This document shows, in pieces, positions 37,228-47,265 of a stretch of 64,000 bases of DNA (its first letter is position 1; each line of letters begins with the position of its first letter). Under the pieces are notes generated by a model. That model ran no database searches, was not told the origin of the DNA, and saw only the letters and a program-made list of their open reading frames with translations. The position numbers and the translations under genes were made by a program. This DNA comes from an uncultured Gammaproteobacteria bacterium (GTDB taxonomy: Bacteria; Patescibacteriota; Patescibacteriia; Magasanikbacterales; UBA922): positions 147,437-211,436 of the forward strand of contig CAZTEU010000001.1 in NCBI GenBank assembly GCA_964612105.1. Reading direction: 5' to 3'.

Positions 37228-39003
37228 ATGGATAAGAAATGGGTAGTACTGCAAGAACCGCCTGTCAACTTTTTTGAGGAACATCCGGAACTCCCTCCTG
37301 TTGTTGCTCATTTGTTATATCACAGAGAGATAAGAACTCAGGATAAAATAGATGAGTTCCTAAACCCAGACTACTCCCAGGATGTACATGATCCATTTCT
37401 TTTTAGAGACATGGAAAAGGCTGTGAGTAGGGTGTTTAAAGCTATTGAAGAGAAAGAAAAAATTACAATTCACGGAGACTATGACGCAGATGGTGTGAGC
37501 GCATCTGTAATACTCTCATCACTATTCCGTGCGCTTGAATATACCAACTTCAGCGTTTTTCTGCCTCACAGAGAAACAGATGGATACGGACTAAACATTA
37601 ACACAATACAAACACTTCATAACGAGGGCACAAAGCTTATTATAACTTGTGACTGTGGAGGAAGTAATGTAGAAGAGATAAACAAAGCAAACGAATTGGG
37701 AATTGATGTAATAATCACAGACCATCACACAACACCGGAGGAATTACCCCCAGCACATGCAATAATTCATCCAAAAGCACCAGGAGAACCATATCCTGAC
37801 AAAGGACTGGCTGGTGGTGGGGTTGCGTTCAAATTAATGCAGGCGATTCTAAAAGAACATAAAAAAAATCATGATGAGCTTCCAGATGGAACTAAGCATG
37901 ATGCGTTAGAAAAATGGCAACTAGATATGGTTGCTATAGCAAGTGTGGCGGATATGGTGCCCCTTGTTGGTGAATCTCGCACACTAACAAAATATGGTTT
38001 AATTGTGTTGAATAAGACGCGAAGAACGGGTCTACAGAAATTGTTGTTGGAAGCAAGACTGATGGATGAGGATGGGAGTATGAAAAGAGAATTGGATGCA
38101 CAAACTATCTCATTCCGCATTGCACCACGAATAAACGCAGCGGGCAGAATGGATCATGCAAATGTTGCATATGAGCTGTTGGTAGCACAGAACCCTACGG
38201 ATGCAGTGGATTTAGCGTTCAGACTGGATCAGAATAATTCTGATAGACAAAAAGATACTGAGGAATTAGTGAAAAAGGGCAAAGCACAAATAAAAGAAAA
38301 CCCAGATGCTCCTTTCGTATTCGTTATTGGTGAGGGCTGGCCAGCAGGTTTAGTTGGATTAATTGCAAGTAAATTAAAGGAGGTTACAGGTAAGCCAACA
38401 ATTGTAATGTCAAAAAGTGAAAGAGAAATAATGGGGTCTGGTAGGAGTATAAATGGCTTTAACATGATTGAATCATTACAAGAGATGCCAGAGTATTTTA
38501 CTAAGTTCGGTGGACATCCAATGGCCTGTGGTTTTACATTATCAGATCCAGAAAAACTGGAAAGCTTTAAAAAAGATCTTACAACTAAGTTCGTAGAAAA
38601 GACAAAGGATATAGATGTAACACCTACACTAGAAATTGATGCTGAGATAACTTTAGAAGAAATTAATTGGGACTTGTACGATATCTTGCAAAAGTTCGAA
38701 CCTTTTGGACAAGCAAATCCAGAACCAACATATTTAGCTAGAGGAGTTACTGTTGTGGCAATAGAGCCTGTAGGAAAAGATGGTAAACATGGTAGGCTTA
38801 TGGTAAAACACAAGACACCAAGGATACGTAAAACTATTGGCTGGCATTTATGCAATACAAACAATGGAAACACAAACTGGTGTAAAGCCCTCAAGGCTGG
38901 TGATATAATTGACTTAATATTCACAATTTCTGTAAACGAATGGAATGGAAATCGTGAATTGCAATTAACTATAAAAGATCTACGTAAATCAGAAGTAGAA
39001 TAA
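37228..39003 (+). CDS. recJ: ssDNA-specific exonuclease RecJ
   Basis: GDYDADG, ITDHH, ADMVPL, APRINAAGR, GSGRS, FGGHPMACG, PFGQANPEP. Confidence 0.97.
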   Translation: MDKKWVVLQEPPVNFFEEHPELPPVVAHLLYHREIRTQDKIDEFLNPDYSQDVHDPFLFRDMEKAVSRVFKAIEEKEKITIHGDYDADGVSASVILSSLFRALEYTNFSVFLPHRETDGYGLNINTIQTLHNEGTKLIITCDCGGSNVEEINKANELGIDVIITDHHTTPEELPPAHAIIHPKAPGEPYPDKGLAGGGVAFKLMQAILKEHKKNHDELPDGTKHDALEKWQLDMVAIASVADMVPLVGESRTLTKYGLIVLNKTRRTGLQKLLLEARLMDEDGSMKRELDAQTISFRIAPRINAAGRMDHANVAYELLVAQNPTDAVDLAFRLDQNNSDRQKDTEELVKKGKAQIKENPDAPFVFVIGEGWPAGLVGLIASKLKEVTGKPTIVMSKSEREIMGSGRSINGFNMIESLQEMPEYFTKFGGHPMACGFTLSDPEKLESFKKDLTTKFVEKTKDIDVTPTLEIDAEITLEEINWDLYDILQKFEPFGQANPEPTYLARGVTVVAIEPVGKDGKHGRLMVKHKTPRIRKTIGWHLCNTNNGNTNWCKALKAGDIIDLIFTISVNEWNGNRELQLTIKDLRKSEVE

Positions 39004-39007
39004 AAAT

Positions 39008-39406
39008 ATGAAAGTATTAATCTATACAGATGGAGGATCCCGTGGTAATCCAGGACCTTCTGCAACAGGAGTGGTTATAAAAAATGAAGATGGGGATGTT
39101 TTAGAAGCATACGGAGAATCTCTAGGGTCACAAACAAATAATTATGCAGAGTATAGCGCTGTTATTTCTGGATTAAAAAAAGCACATGAGTTAAAGGCAG
39201 ATGAGGTTGAGTGTATTGCAGATAGTAAACTACTTGTAGAACAACTAAATGGTAATTGGAAGGTAAAAGAACCAACACTACAGAAATTATTTGTACAGGC
39301 ATGGAACGAACTGCAGAAGTTCAGGAAATATAAAATACGCCATGTAAGGCGCGAATTAAACAAAGAGTCTGATGCAGAGGTTAATAAAATATTAGATAAC
39401 CTATAA
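39008..39406 (+). CDS. rnhA: ribonuclease HI
   Basis: YTDGGSRGNPGP, TNNYAEY, DSKLLVEQ, HVRRELNKESD. Confidence 0.93.
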   Translation: MKVLIYTDGGSRGNPGPSATGVVIKNEDGDVLEAYGESLGSQTNNYAEYSAVISGLKKAHELKADEVECIADSKLLVEQLNGNWKVKEPTLQKLFVQAWNELQKFRKYKIRHVRRELNKESDAEVNKILDNL

Positions 39407-40087
39407 TCCGTGTTTGTTAAAGAGAATATTTTTCGCCTTTTCGTATAATTTAACACGACCGCTGAACCATGGTAACCATTTCCATGGTTTTTTATATGCA
39501 AACGAGGGTAGCCAGTTACTAATACTCCCTTTCCTTGTCTGGGCTACAAAAAGATATTCGTCAATCCAGATACCCACATTCCCTTTCTCCGACATAGTCA
39601 ACCAAAGATCCCAATCTTGGAACCTTTTTAGAGACTCATCCCATCTTATTGCATCTACTCTTCTAATTAAACTTGTTGAGTGAATATAGTTTCTCTTTTT
39701 TAATAAATCAACATCAAATTCTTGCGCTGGCATTTTTCTTTTTCCAAAAGACATGTTTGTATATGCAAAACTTGCCTCTCTATTTTTTTCTAGAACATTT
39801 GTTAACTTTTCTAGAAATGTGGATTCTGCAACTATATCAGCATCCCAAAAAATAATATACTCTCCCTTTGCTACATCTAAACCACTATTCCTTGCAGATG
39901 GCGCTCCTTTGTTTTCCTTTCTTATTAATTTATATTTTTTGCTTTCTAGAAGTTTTTCATCACTACCACTGTCTACAACAATAATCTCAACATTTTTATA
40001 TGTCTGCTTATCTATGGATGCTAGTGCATCATTAAGCTCCTTTAAATGATTATAGACAGGTATAACTATGCTTACTAAACCTTTCAT
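39401..40087 (-). CDS. glycosyltransferase family 2
   Basis: VSIVIPVYN, IIVVDSGS, ARNSG, FWDAD, QDWDLW. Confidence 0.92.
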   Translation of the reverse strand: MKGLVSIVIPVYNHLKELNDALASIDKQTYKNVEIIVVDSGSDEKLLESKKYKLIRKENKGAPSARNSGLDVAKGEYIIFWDADIVAESTFLEKLTNVLEKNREASFAYTNMSFGKRKMPAQEFDVDLLKKRNYIHSTSLIRRVDAIRWDESLKRFQDWDLWLTMSEKGNVGIWIDEYLFVAQTRKGSISNWLPSFAYKKPWKWLPWFSGRVKLYEKAKNILFNKHGL

Positions 40088-40099
40088 ACAGAAATCTTT

Positions 40100-41272
40100 T
40101 TAACCTTTTGTCTCACTTTCACCACCTGCTTGCAACCACTTATCTAAAACTTTTATCTGATTATCCCAAACAAATGTAGATTTTATTCTCTGTTGACCCG
40201 CTTCCCCCATCCGACGTGCAAAATCTTTGTTAGTTAACATTTGCACAAGCCCTTCACCTGCTGCAGGCAAATTCTGGATTACATCTACTACTAATCCTGT
40301 TTGTGCATGTTGTACAGCTTCCACAACCCCACCACTTTTTCCAGCCACTACAGGCAAACCACAGGCTGCTGATTCTAGAAAAACTAAACCTAATCCTTCT
40401 TCTCTTCCTTCATCTGGGTGGGTAAACAGCGCAAAGACGTCGGCTAGGTAGTAATATTTTTTTATTTGCTCGTGTGGAACCATTCCTAAATACCTAACCA
40501 CATTCTGTAAATTGTACTTACGTATCTCATTATACATCTCTGCACGCTTTGGACCTTCTCCAATAATCACCCAAACCAAGTGTGGTACTTTCTCCAGGAC
40601 TTTTGGAATAATCCTAACCATGTGAGGAAAACCTTTTCCATCGTCTATACGACCAATAGATAATATAACTTGCTTACCTTCTAAAGCCAACTCATCCCTA
40701 AGTTTTTGTATTGCCTTTTCGTCTGCTGGAACAAAAAACTCCTTGTCTGGGCATGGATACATTACAGTGCTGATGGGTTCAAATTGAGGCAGAACTCGCA
40801 ATAGACGGCGTTTTAGGTTATTACTGTTAAATATTACCTGTTCGCACTCTTTTATCACTCTAGTGGCCATTTTTTTCTTCCAGGAGGTCTGTGTGGCTGC
40901 AACTATGTCTGTTCCATGAGAAAATACAATAAATGGTATCTTAAAGAACCTTTTCATCAAAAGTCCAATATATCCAACAGGAAGAACGTGGTGTACCATT
41001 ATGAGCTCAACCTTATATTTCTTAACTATTTTTCTTACAATAAAAAATAGTCTAATCCATCTTGGCCAAATAAATTTTGGAAAATATAATTTTTTTCTAA
41101 TTAAGGTGTATTCTACATTATCTTCATCCCACTCTTTATCCCCTTTCATTTCTGGCGCAAGCATTATTGTCTGCGCTGGATCAAAAGCTTTTGCTAGCTG
41201 ATGACAAAAAGTTGCAATACCTCCAATTTGTGGAGGATATTCTAAAGTAATTATTAGTGTTATCTTCTGCAT
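40100..41272 (-). CDS. glycosyltransferase family 4
   Basis: EYPPQIGGIA, SIGR...KG, EGLGLVFLESAACGLPVVAG. Confidence 0.92.
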   Translation of the reverse strand: MQKITLIITLEYPPQIGGIATFCHQLAKAFDPAQTIMLAPEMKGDKEWDEDNVEYTLIRKKLYFPKFIWPRWIRLFFIVRKIVKKYKVELIMVHHVLPVGYIGLLMKRFFKIPFIVFSHGTDIVAATQTSWKKKMATRVIKECEQVIFNSNNLKRRLLRVLPQFEPISTVMYPCPDKEFFVPADEKAIQKLRDELALEGKQVILSIGRIDDGKGFPHMVRIIPKVLEKVPHLVWVIIGEGPKRAEMYNEIRKYNLQNVVRYLGMVPHEQIKKYYYLADVFALFTHPDEGREEGLGLVFLESAACGLPVVAGKSGGVVEAVQHAQTGLVVDVIQNLPAAGEGLVQMLTNKDFARRMGEAGQQRIKSTFVWDNQIKVLDKWLQAGGESETKG

Positions 41273-41275
41273 AAA

Positions 41276-42715
41276 TTATGCTTTTGATTTTGCTATAGTA
41301 CCCATAAACTTCTTAAACTGTACCATATTTATAGCCCTTGTTACAAACAACATTGTAGGATATACAACAACCCCAACTAAGATTGCGAGTATAAAATGGC
41401 TCATTTCGTTTATTTTTATTACAAAAAATCCCATTACTATTGCGGAAGTAAAAATCTGCAAAACACTCCTAATCATAAAGGAATGAGATATTGCAGTCAC
41501 TTTTGGAACAAACGCATATCCAATAGCTGTGAGAAGAAAATTTCCAACAAAAGCAGAGGTGGCAGCACCAACTATTCCATATATTGGAATCAGGAATAAG
41601 TTAAGCGCAATATTTATTACCATAACTACTCCAATAATAACTGTTTGTGTAACTTGTCTATTGCATGCATTAAGGAATGCACCAATTGGAAAACTCAAAT
41701 ATGAAAAGATTAAACTAAATATTAGAATCTGAAGAGGCAATATTGAATCTACATACTGTGAAGTATACAGTGTTAATATAATGTCTTTTGCAAGTACACT
41801 TACTCCTACGGCAATAGGGGTCGCTATGATTAACAAGTACTTCAATCCCTGTTGAAAAATATAAGCTAATCTTTTCCTATCACTTACAAAATATTCACTA
41901 AATCTTGGGAACATCGCAGCAACTAGTGCCAGAGGAATAAACTGGAACGCGTATGTTATCTTATACGGTATACTATACAATCCTACAGCAACATTACCAG
42001 CAAGCTTGGAAAGCAAAATAGAATCTACATATGAATATACGCGAGCGAATATTCCTGCAATAGCAAAAGGAATTGCTATCCTACCTAGGTACACAAATGA
42101 TTGTTTATCAAAACTCGGCACTAGTTTAAACCTAAGCTTCCAAACAAGAATTGAAGAAGCAAAACATACATTTAGGAAACTTGGAATTGTGAAGGCGAGT
42201 ATTAGAAATATAAGTGGAAAGTGGAAATATAGGAAAATACTACCTAGGATTAGAGTGAGCAACTGGCTTATCGTTATACTTATTGCTTCATATTTCAAAT
42301 CCCCTACTGCGCGCAATACTCCGTACATTGTTAAATGTACTGAATCAAACAACATTGTTACAGCAGAAAGATACACCATATGGCGTATCTCAACACTGTA
42401 ACCCATCAAATTTATTGCAACGAAAGCACCAATATAGGAAAGTACTCCCAACAATACCTTTACAGATAATACTGTAGAGAAGTATGTTTGCATTTTCTCT
42501 TTCACCTTTGCAGACTCACGAATCATTACGTTCGTCAGCCCCATATCTACAAAAACAACAAAGATAGTAGTAAATGACAAAGCAAAAAAATACATGCCTG
42601 TACCTTCCACACCAACCATTCTTGCAATCATTGTAAAATAAACAAAAGAAATTATCTTCTGCCCAATAGATGCCATTGTCATGAAAGCTGTATTTTTTGC
42701 AATAGATCTAGACAT
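41276..42715 (-). CDS. Wzx-like polysaccharide flippase
   Basis: SIAKNT, DMGL, YSYVDSILLS, VGLYS, NLFLIPIYGIVGAA; many TMs. Confidence 0.88.
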   Translation of the reverse strand: MSRSIAKNTAFMTMASIGQKIISFVYFTMIARMVGVEGTGMYFFALSFTTIFVVFVDMGLTNVMIRESAKVKEKMQTYFSTVLSVKVLLGVLSYIGAFVAINLMGYSVEIRHMVYLSAVTMLFDSVHLTMYGVLRAVGDLKYEAISITISQLLTLILGSIFLYFHFPLIFLILAFTIPSFLNVCFASSILVWKLRFKLVPSFDKQSFVYLGRIAIPFAIAGIFARVYSYVDSILLSKLAGNVAVGLYSIPYKITYAFQFIPLALVAAMFPRFSEYFVSDRKRLAYIFQQGLKYLLIIATPIAVGVSVLAKDIILTLYTSQYVDSILPLQILIFSLIFSYLSFPIGAFLNACNRQVTQTVIIGVVMVINIALNLFLIPIYGIVGAATSAFVGNFLLTAIGYAFVPKVTAISHSFMIRSVLQIFTSAIVMGFFVIKINEMSHFILAILVGVVVYPTMLFVTRAINMVQFKKFMGTIAKSKA

Positions 42716-42812
42716 GTGAAAGTATTTTACGCCAAAATAAGGCAAAAAACAAGGTCATATTAGAACAAAATACAAAATCGGACTTTGTATATCCGATTTT
42801 TGTTGTTTTTTC

Positions 42813-43211
42813 TTAACGCTTTCTCCACTGGTGTCCCCGTCTTGCTTTGTATTTTCCAAACTTCTTTCTTTCTTTTGCACGCGGATCACGAGTTAGAAAT
42901 CCTTCTGCTTTTAGTACTGGTCTTAATTCTTCGTCTAATGCTACAAGTGCACGTGCTATACCATGACGTACTGCTTCTGCCTGACCGTGACTTCCACCAC
43001 CAGCAACCTTAACAGTCACATCTAAAGCATCTGTTCTACCTGTAACTTTTAAAGGAGCTAGGACAAGATCCTGAGACAGTTTTATTGGAAAATATTCTTT
43101 GTAATCTTTTCCATTAACAATTATTGATCCTTTTCCTTTTAGTAGGCGCACTCTTGCTGCTGCAGTTTTTCTACGCCCCAACCCTTTTGTTAATATATCT
43201 GTAATAGCCAT
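42813..43211 (-). CDS. rpsI: 30S ribosomal protein S9
   Basis: GRRKTAAARV, GGGSHGQAEAVRHGIARAL, LTRDPR, QWRKR. Confidence 0.97.
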   Translation of the reverse strand: MAITDILTKGLGRRKTAAARVRLLKGKGSIIVNGKDYKEYFPIKLSQDLVLAPLKVTGRTDALDVTVKVAGGGSHGQAEAVRHGIARALVALDEELRPVLKAEGFLTRDPRAKERKKFGKYKARRGHQWRKR

Positions 43212-43213
43212 AT

Positions 43214-43570
43214 TTAGTTCTTAATGGTTAGGCGCTTCATCATCTCGTTGCGTAGCTTGTTTTTAGGTAGCATTCCAAACACAGCTCTTTTAAGTACCTC
43301 AGCTGGATTCTCATCGAATACTTTCTTCATTGGTGTTCGTCTTAGACCACCTGGATACATTGTGTGATGAAAATAGTCTTTTTGTTCTAGTTTTTTGCCT
43401 GTAAATTTCACTTTTGAAACATTTATTACAGTAACAAAATCTCCAGCATCAATATGAGGTGCAAAGCTTGGCTTATCCTTTCCTCTAAGAATCATTGCAA
43501 CTTCAGTTGCAACACGACCAACCGCTCTATCTTCAGCATTTATTTCTTGATGTTCTCGCTCTATTTTCAT
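43214..43570 (-). CDS. rplM: 50S ribosomal protein L13
   Basis: GRVATEVAMILRGKDKP, DAGDFV, HTMYPGGL, GMLPKN. Confidence 0.96.
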   Translation of the reverse strand: MKIEREHQEINAEDRAVGRVATEVAMILRGKDKPSFAPHIDAGDFVTVINVSKVKFTGKKLEQKDYFHHTMYPGGLRRTPMKKVFDENPAEVLKRAVFGMLPKNKLRNEMMKRLTIKN

Positions 43571-43917
43571 ACAAATTCAATTCTTACTGTCTCGGCAGCA
43601 TCATTTACACGTGTACCGATTTTTATAATCCTTGTGTATCCACCATCCCTATCCTTATAGCGTGGACCAATCTCTTCCATAAGTTTTTTTACTGCCTTAT
43701 CAGTATATAGTACTTTAATTGCTTCACGTCTTGCAGATAATGTGCCTTTTCTAGCTTTTGTTACTAAAGGTTCTATAACAGAACGTAAAGCTTTTGCTTT
43801 TGCTTTAGTAGTTTTTATTCCACCATGTATAACTAGACTATCAGCTAAACTACGCATAAGAGCTTTTCTTTGCGCTGTTTCCCTTCCAAGTGTTGCTTTC
43901 TTTTTCTGGTGTCTCAT
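43567..43917 (-). CDS. rplQ: 50S ribosomal protein L17
   Basis: MRHQKK, IKTTKAKAK, GGYTRIIK. Confidence 0.97.
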   Translation of the reverse strand: MRHQKKKATLGRETAQRKALMRSLADSLVIHGGIKTTKAKAKALRSVIEPLVTKARKGTLSARREAIKVLYTDKAVKKLMEEIGPRYKDRDGGYTRIIKIGTRVNDAAETVRIEFV

Positions 43918-43927
43918 ATTCTACAAG

Positions 43928-44632
43928 TTAAGCTACTTCTCCAGTTAAGTCAATTAGTAATGAGAAGTGATCCATTAATATCTTTGTTGCTTGACCAACC
44001 GCATCCTTTGGAGAAATGGTTCCATCTGTTACAACTGTAAGAGTAAGTTTTTCAAAGTCAGTAACATCACCAACACGAGTGTTTTCTACTCTGTATCCTA
44101 CATCCCTAATTGGGGTGTACAATGAATCAATCGCAATAGTACCTAAATCATATGCTCTACTATCCTTTTCTGCAGCTGGCACATAACCACGCCCTTGTCC
44201 AATAGTTACTTCTATATCTAACTCTGTACTATCATCAGTAATATTTGCAATTACTAAATCTTTGTTTGCAAACTCTATGTCTGCATTTTTTTCAAAGTCT
44301 CCAACTTTAACAGCTCCTTTGCCTTTTTTGGTAAGGCTAAGTGTTACGGGAGCATCTGCATGTGACATAACAGCCACCTGCTTGAGATTAAGAATAATCT
44401 CCACCACATCTTCTTGAATTCCTTCTACAGAAGAAAATTCATGTTGTGCACCTTTAATTTTTACAGTCTCCACTGCGGCACCAGGCAGTGATGACAAAAG
44501 TACTCGACGCAATGCATTTCCAATGGTTGTACCATATCCCTTATGACACGGTGTAACCACAATCTGACCAGTGTGTTCATGGTCTGTCTCATTGAACTCG
44601 ATTGTTGTTGGGAGCATTATTTGCTGTTCCAT
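43928..44632 (-). CDS. rpoA: RNA polymerase alpha subunit (NTD only, 234 aa)
   Basis: GYGTTIGNALRRVLLSSLPG, HEFS, GRGYV, VENTRVG, TDGTISP; stops before the CTD. Confidence 0.96.
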   Translation of the reverse strand: MEQQIMLPTTIEFNETDHEHTGQIVVTPCHKGYGTTIGNALRRVLLSSLPGAAVETVKIKGAQHEFSSVEGIQEDVVEIILNLKQVAVMSHADAPVTLSLTKKGKGAVKVGDFEKNADIEFANKDLVIANITDDSTELDIEVTIGQGRGYVPAAEKDSRAYDLGTIAIDSLYTPIRDVGYRVENTRVGDVTDFEKLTLTVVTDGTISPKDAVGQATKILMDHFSLLIDLTGEVA

Positions 44633-44670
44633 AAGTAATGAGATTATTGAGGACAGGCTAGGATCCTCAT

Positions 44671-45294
44671 TTAACGTGTTGCGTAAAACTCAATAATTAA
44701 TTTTACATCAAAAAGTTTATCGACATCTTCGTCCGCCGGATCATGTAACACCTTTCCAGATTTCTTGTTCGGATCTACTAACAACCATGATGGAGGTGTG
44801 TGTTTACTTAATTTATCTGTAATTTCGTTGAAAAAGCTTTTGGTTTCTTTTCCTGGCTTAATTGAAACTTCATCACCTGCTTTTACTAGGTATGAAGGAA
44901 TGTTCATCTTCTTTCCGTTTACAACAAATAAGCCGTGATTTACTATCTGACGAGCCTGTGCTCGTGTAGACGCAAATCCCATACGATATACAACATTATC
45001 TAGTCTTGATTCTAAGATTTGCAATAAGTTCTGACCAGAATCACCATCTCTTCGTGTTGCTTCATTAGCATATCCACGAAATTGCTTTTCTCTTATACCG
45101 TATACAAATTTTGCTTTTTGCTTTTCTGCTAATTGCTTTCCAAAAGAAGACTCAGACTTACGACGCCTAGCTGTACCATGAACACCAGGCTTCTGACCTA
45201 GTCTACGTGCAACCTTAGTAGGATTAGTCTTTAATCCAAGATTAATCCCGAAACGTCTAGCTATTTTATTTTTTGGTCCTATATATCTACCCAT
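44671..45294 (-). CDS. rpsD: 30S ribosomal protein S4
   Basis: MGRYIGPK, QLAEKQK, LESRLDNVVYRMGFA, ARQIVNHG. Confidence 0.97.
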   Translation of the reverse strand: MGRYIGPKNKIARRFGINLGLKTNPTKVARRLGQKPGVHGTARRRKSESSFGKQLAEKQKAKFVYGIREKQFRGYANEATRRDGDSGQNLLQILESRLDNVVYRMGFASTRAQARQIVNHGLFVVNGKKMNIPSYLVKAGDEVSIKPGKETKSFFNEITDKLSKHTPPSWLLVDPNKKSGKVLHDPADEDVDKLFDVKLIIEFYATR

Positions 45295-45299
45295 ATTTT

Positions 45300-45695
45300 T
45301 TAAACACGTCGTCTTTTTGGTGGACGGCAACCATTGTGTGGAATCGGTGTGACATCCTTGATTGAAATTACTTGTATACCATTTGAGTGAAAGGCCCTTA
45401 TTGCACCTTCACGTCCTCCGCCGATACCTTTTACATACACGCTTACCTCTTTAACTCCACAATCTTTTATTCTTTCTGCTACAGATTTTACAACCTGCTG
45501 CGCAGCATATGGAGTAGCTTTCTTTGGCCCTTTAAATCCTACAGATCCAGCACTTGACCAACCAAGAACATCTCCATTTTGATCAGTAACAGTTACAATA
45601 GTATTGTTAAAAGTAGCTTGAACATAAGCACGCCCGTGACCAACATTTGTATTTAAGGCTTTTTTCTTCTTACTTTTCTTTAATTTCTTTGCCAT
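45300..45695 (-). CDS. rpsK: 30S ribosomal protein S11
   Basis: [34 protein letters not shown]. Confidence 0.98.
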   Translation of the reverse strand: MAKKLKKSKKKKALNTNVGHGRAYVQATFNNTIVTVTDQNGDVLGWSSAGSVGFKGPKKATPYAAQQVVKSVAERIKDCGVKEVSVYVKGIGGGREGAIRAFHSNGIQVISIKDVTPIPHNGCRPPKRRRV

Positions 45696-45698
45696 ATA

Positions 45699-46085
45699 TT
45701 ATGTCTTTTGTGCTGCCGGCTTTCTTCCGCTTGTAGCAATATTACGCTTGTTACCACGTAACGTTCTAGAATTTGTTTTTGTGCGTTGTCCACGTACAGG
45801 AAGACGCTTTGCGTGTCGTGAACCACGAAATGATTTTATATCTTTTAATCTCTTTATATTAGACCCTACATTTCTACGTAAATCACCTTCAGTTGTAAAC
45901 TGATTTTCTATAATACTACGGATTTTGTCTTCTTGGTCACGATTAAGATCTTTTGTGCGAATATTTTCATCTATTCCTGCTGAAGATAGTATCTTTTTTG
46001 CACGAGTACTACCTATACCATAAACATACGTAAGTGAAATAATGATACGCTTCTGCTTTGGAATTGTTACACCTGATACACGCAT
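45699..46085 (-). CDS. rpsM: 30S ribosomal protein S13
   Basis: LTYVYGIG, EGDLRR, LPVRGQRTKTNSRT. Confidence 0.98.
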   Translation of the reverse strand: MRVSGVTIPKQKRIIISLTYVYGIGSTRAKKILSSAGIDENIRTKDLNRDQEDKIRSIIENQFTTEGDLRRNVGSNIKRLKDIKSFRGSRHAKRLPVRGQRTKTNSRTLRGNKRNIATSGRKPAAQKT

Positions 46086-46086
46086 A

Positions 46087-46224
46087 TTATGCTGATTTTA
46101 CACGTTGTTTAGTTCCCTGTCTCTGTTTGTGACGAGGATTTTCACAAATAACATAAACGACACCACGTCTGCGTGTTATTTTGCAATTTTTACAACGTTT
46201 CTTGACTGAAGCTTGAACTTTCAT
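46087..46224 (-). CDS. rpmJ: 50S ribosomal protein L36
   Basis: Manual translation [45 protein letters not shown]. Confidence 0.96.
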   Translation of the reverse strand: MKVQASVKKRCKNCKITRRRGVVYVICENPRHKQRQGTKQRVKSA

Positions 46225-46302
46225 AAAAAAAATCCTCAAACCGTTATGTGTTATCGTCATATGACATAGTCATACTCCACCACATAGTGTAGTTGGTCTG
46301 GG

Positions 46303-46518
46303 TTAGTATCTATATGTGATACGGCCTTTTGTGAGGTCATATGGAGTCATCTCCACCTTGACTTCATCTCCAACACCCAAACGGATTCGATACATTCGCA
46401 TCTTTCCAGCTAGGTGGGCTCGTACCTCATGATCATTTTCTAGACGAACACGGAAGTGTGCTCCTGGAAGGAGCTCCTCTATAGTTCCGCGAACTTCTAC
46501 AACGTCTTTTTTTGACAT
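46303..46518 (-). CDS. infA: translation initiation factor IF-1
   Basis: [41 protein letters not shown]. Confidence 0.98.
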   Translation of the reverse strand: MSKKDVVEVRGTIEELLPGAHFRVRLENDHEVRAHLAGKMRMYRIRLGVGDEVKVEMTPYDLTKGRITYRY

Positions 46519-46656
46519 TAGTACTGTGAAATTAACTGGCCATATTGTACACGAAGCTCAAAAAGCTGTCAAGCCCAGTGGGAGACCAGATGTTAATAAG
46601 TATATTTATGATATTTTAGCAAAAAAACTGTTAATTTGCAATAAACTGGGGATAAA

Positions 46657-47112
46657 TTATTTGTCTTCAGAAATCTTTACATCTGCCTCAACAGTAACAG
46701 AAGGTGCATCTCCTGTGTACACCCAATACTTATATAGGAAGAAATTCCATGAAACTGCCATTGCTATAGTACCTAAACGCACTATTCTATAATCATATCC
46801 CATCACCTCACTGATTAGATACATTGTAAATATTGCAAATAAGTAGTTCCAACCAGCTAGTATTAGATAACGAACCACCTGCTTGTGAGGCATTGCCTTG
46901 TTGCTAAAGGACCAGTACTTGTTTAGTGTAAAATTGATTACTAGAACGAGAATTTGGTTAAAAACAACAGATACTGTTGGGGAGAACTTAAGAAACTCCT
47001 TAAATAACATTAGAGAGCCGATATCAAAAAAAAGCCCACCAAATCCAACTATAAAGTACTTGGAGAACTCGTGTCTCACGGACAATGCATATCTAGTAAT
47101 ACGCCTAATCAT
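46657..47112 (-). CDS. GtrA family membrane protein
   Basis: FSKYFIVG, NFTLNKYWSF, WNFFLYKYWVY. Confidence 0.88.
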   Translation of the reverse strand: MIRRITRYALSVRHEFSKYFIVGFGGLFFDIGSLMLFKEFLKFSPTVSVVFNQILVLVINFTLNKYWSFSNKAMPHKQVVRYLILAGWNYLFAIFTMYLISEVMGYDYRIVRLGTIAMAVSWNFFLYKYWVYTGDAPSVTVEADVKISEDK

Positions 47113-47265
47113 ACCGGCACATTATAGCAGAATCCACAGGATATGTGAATTATTTGTGCATAAAAAACTTTGACTAATTTCAAGGCAGTGAGTAAATTAT
47201 ATATATAAAGCTTAATTAATATTTATTAGTGTGCTAACTCATGCACTCTAATATAGGGGGGATAT

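Noticed and set aside
46303-46518. infA as a member of the GC-rich class
   Set aside because: It is only mildly GC-elevated, has no SD and sits in the canonical operon; high-expression codon bias is sufficient.
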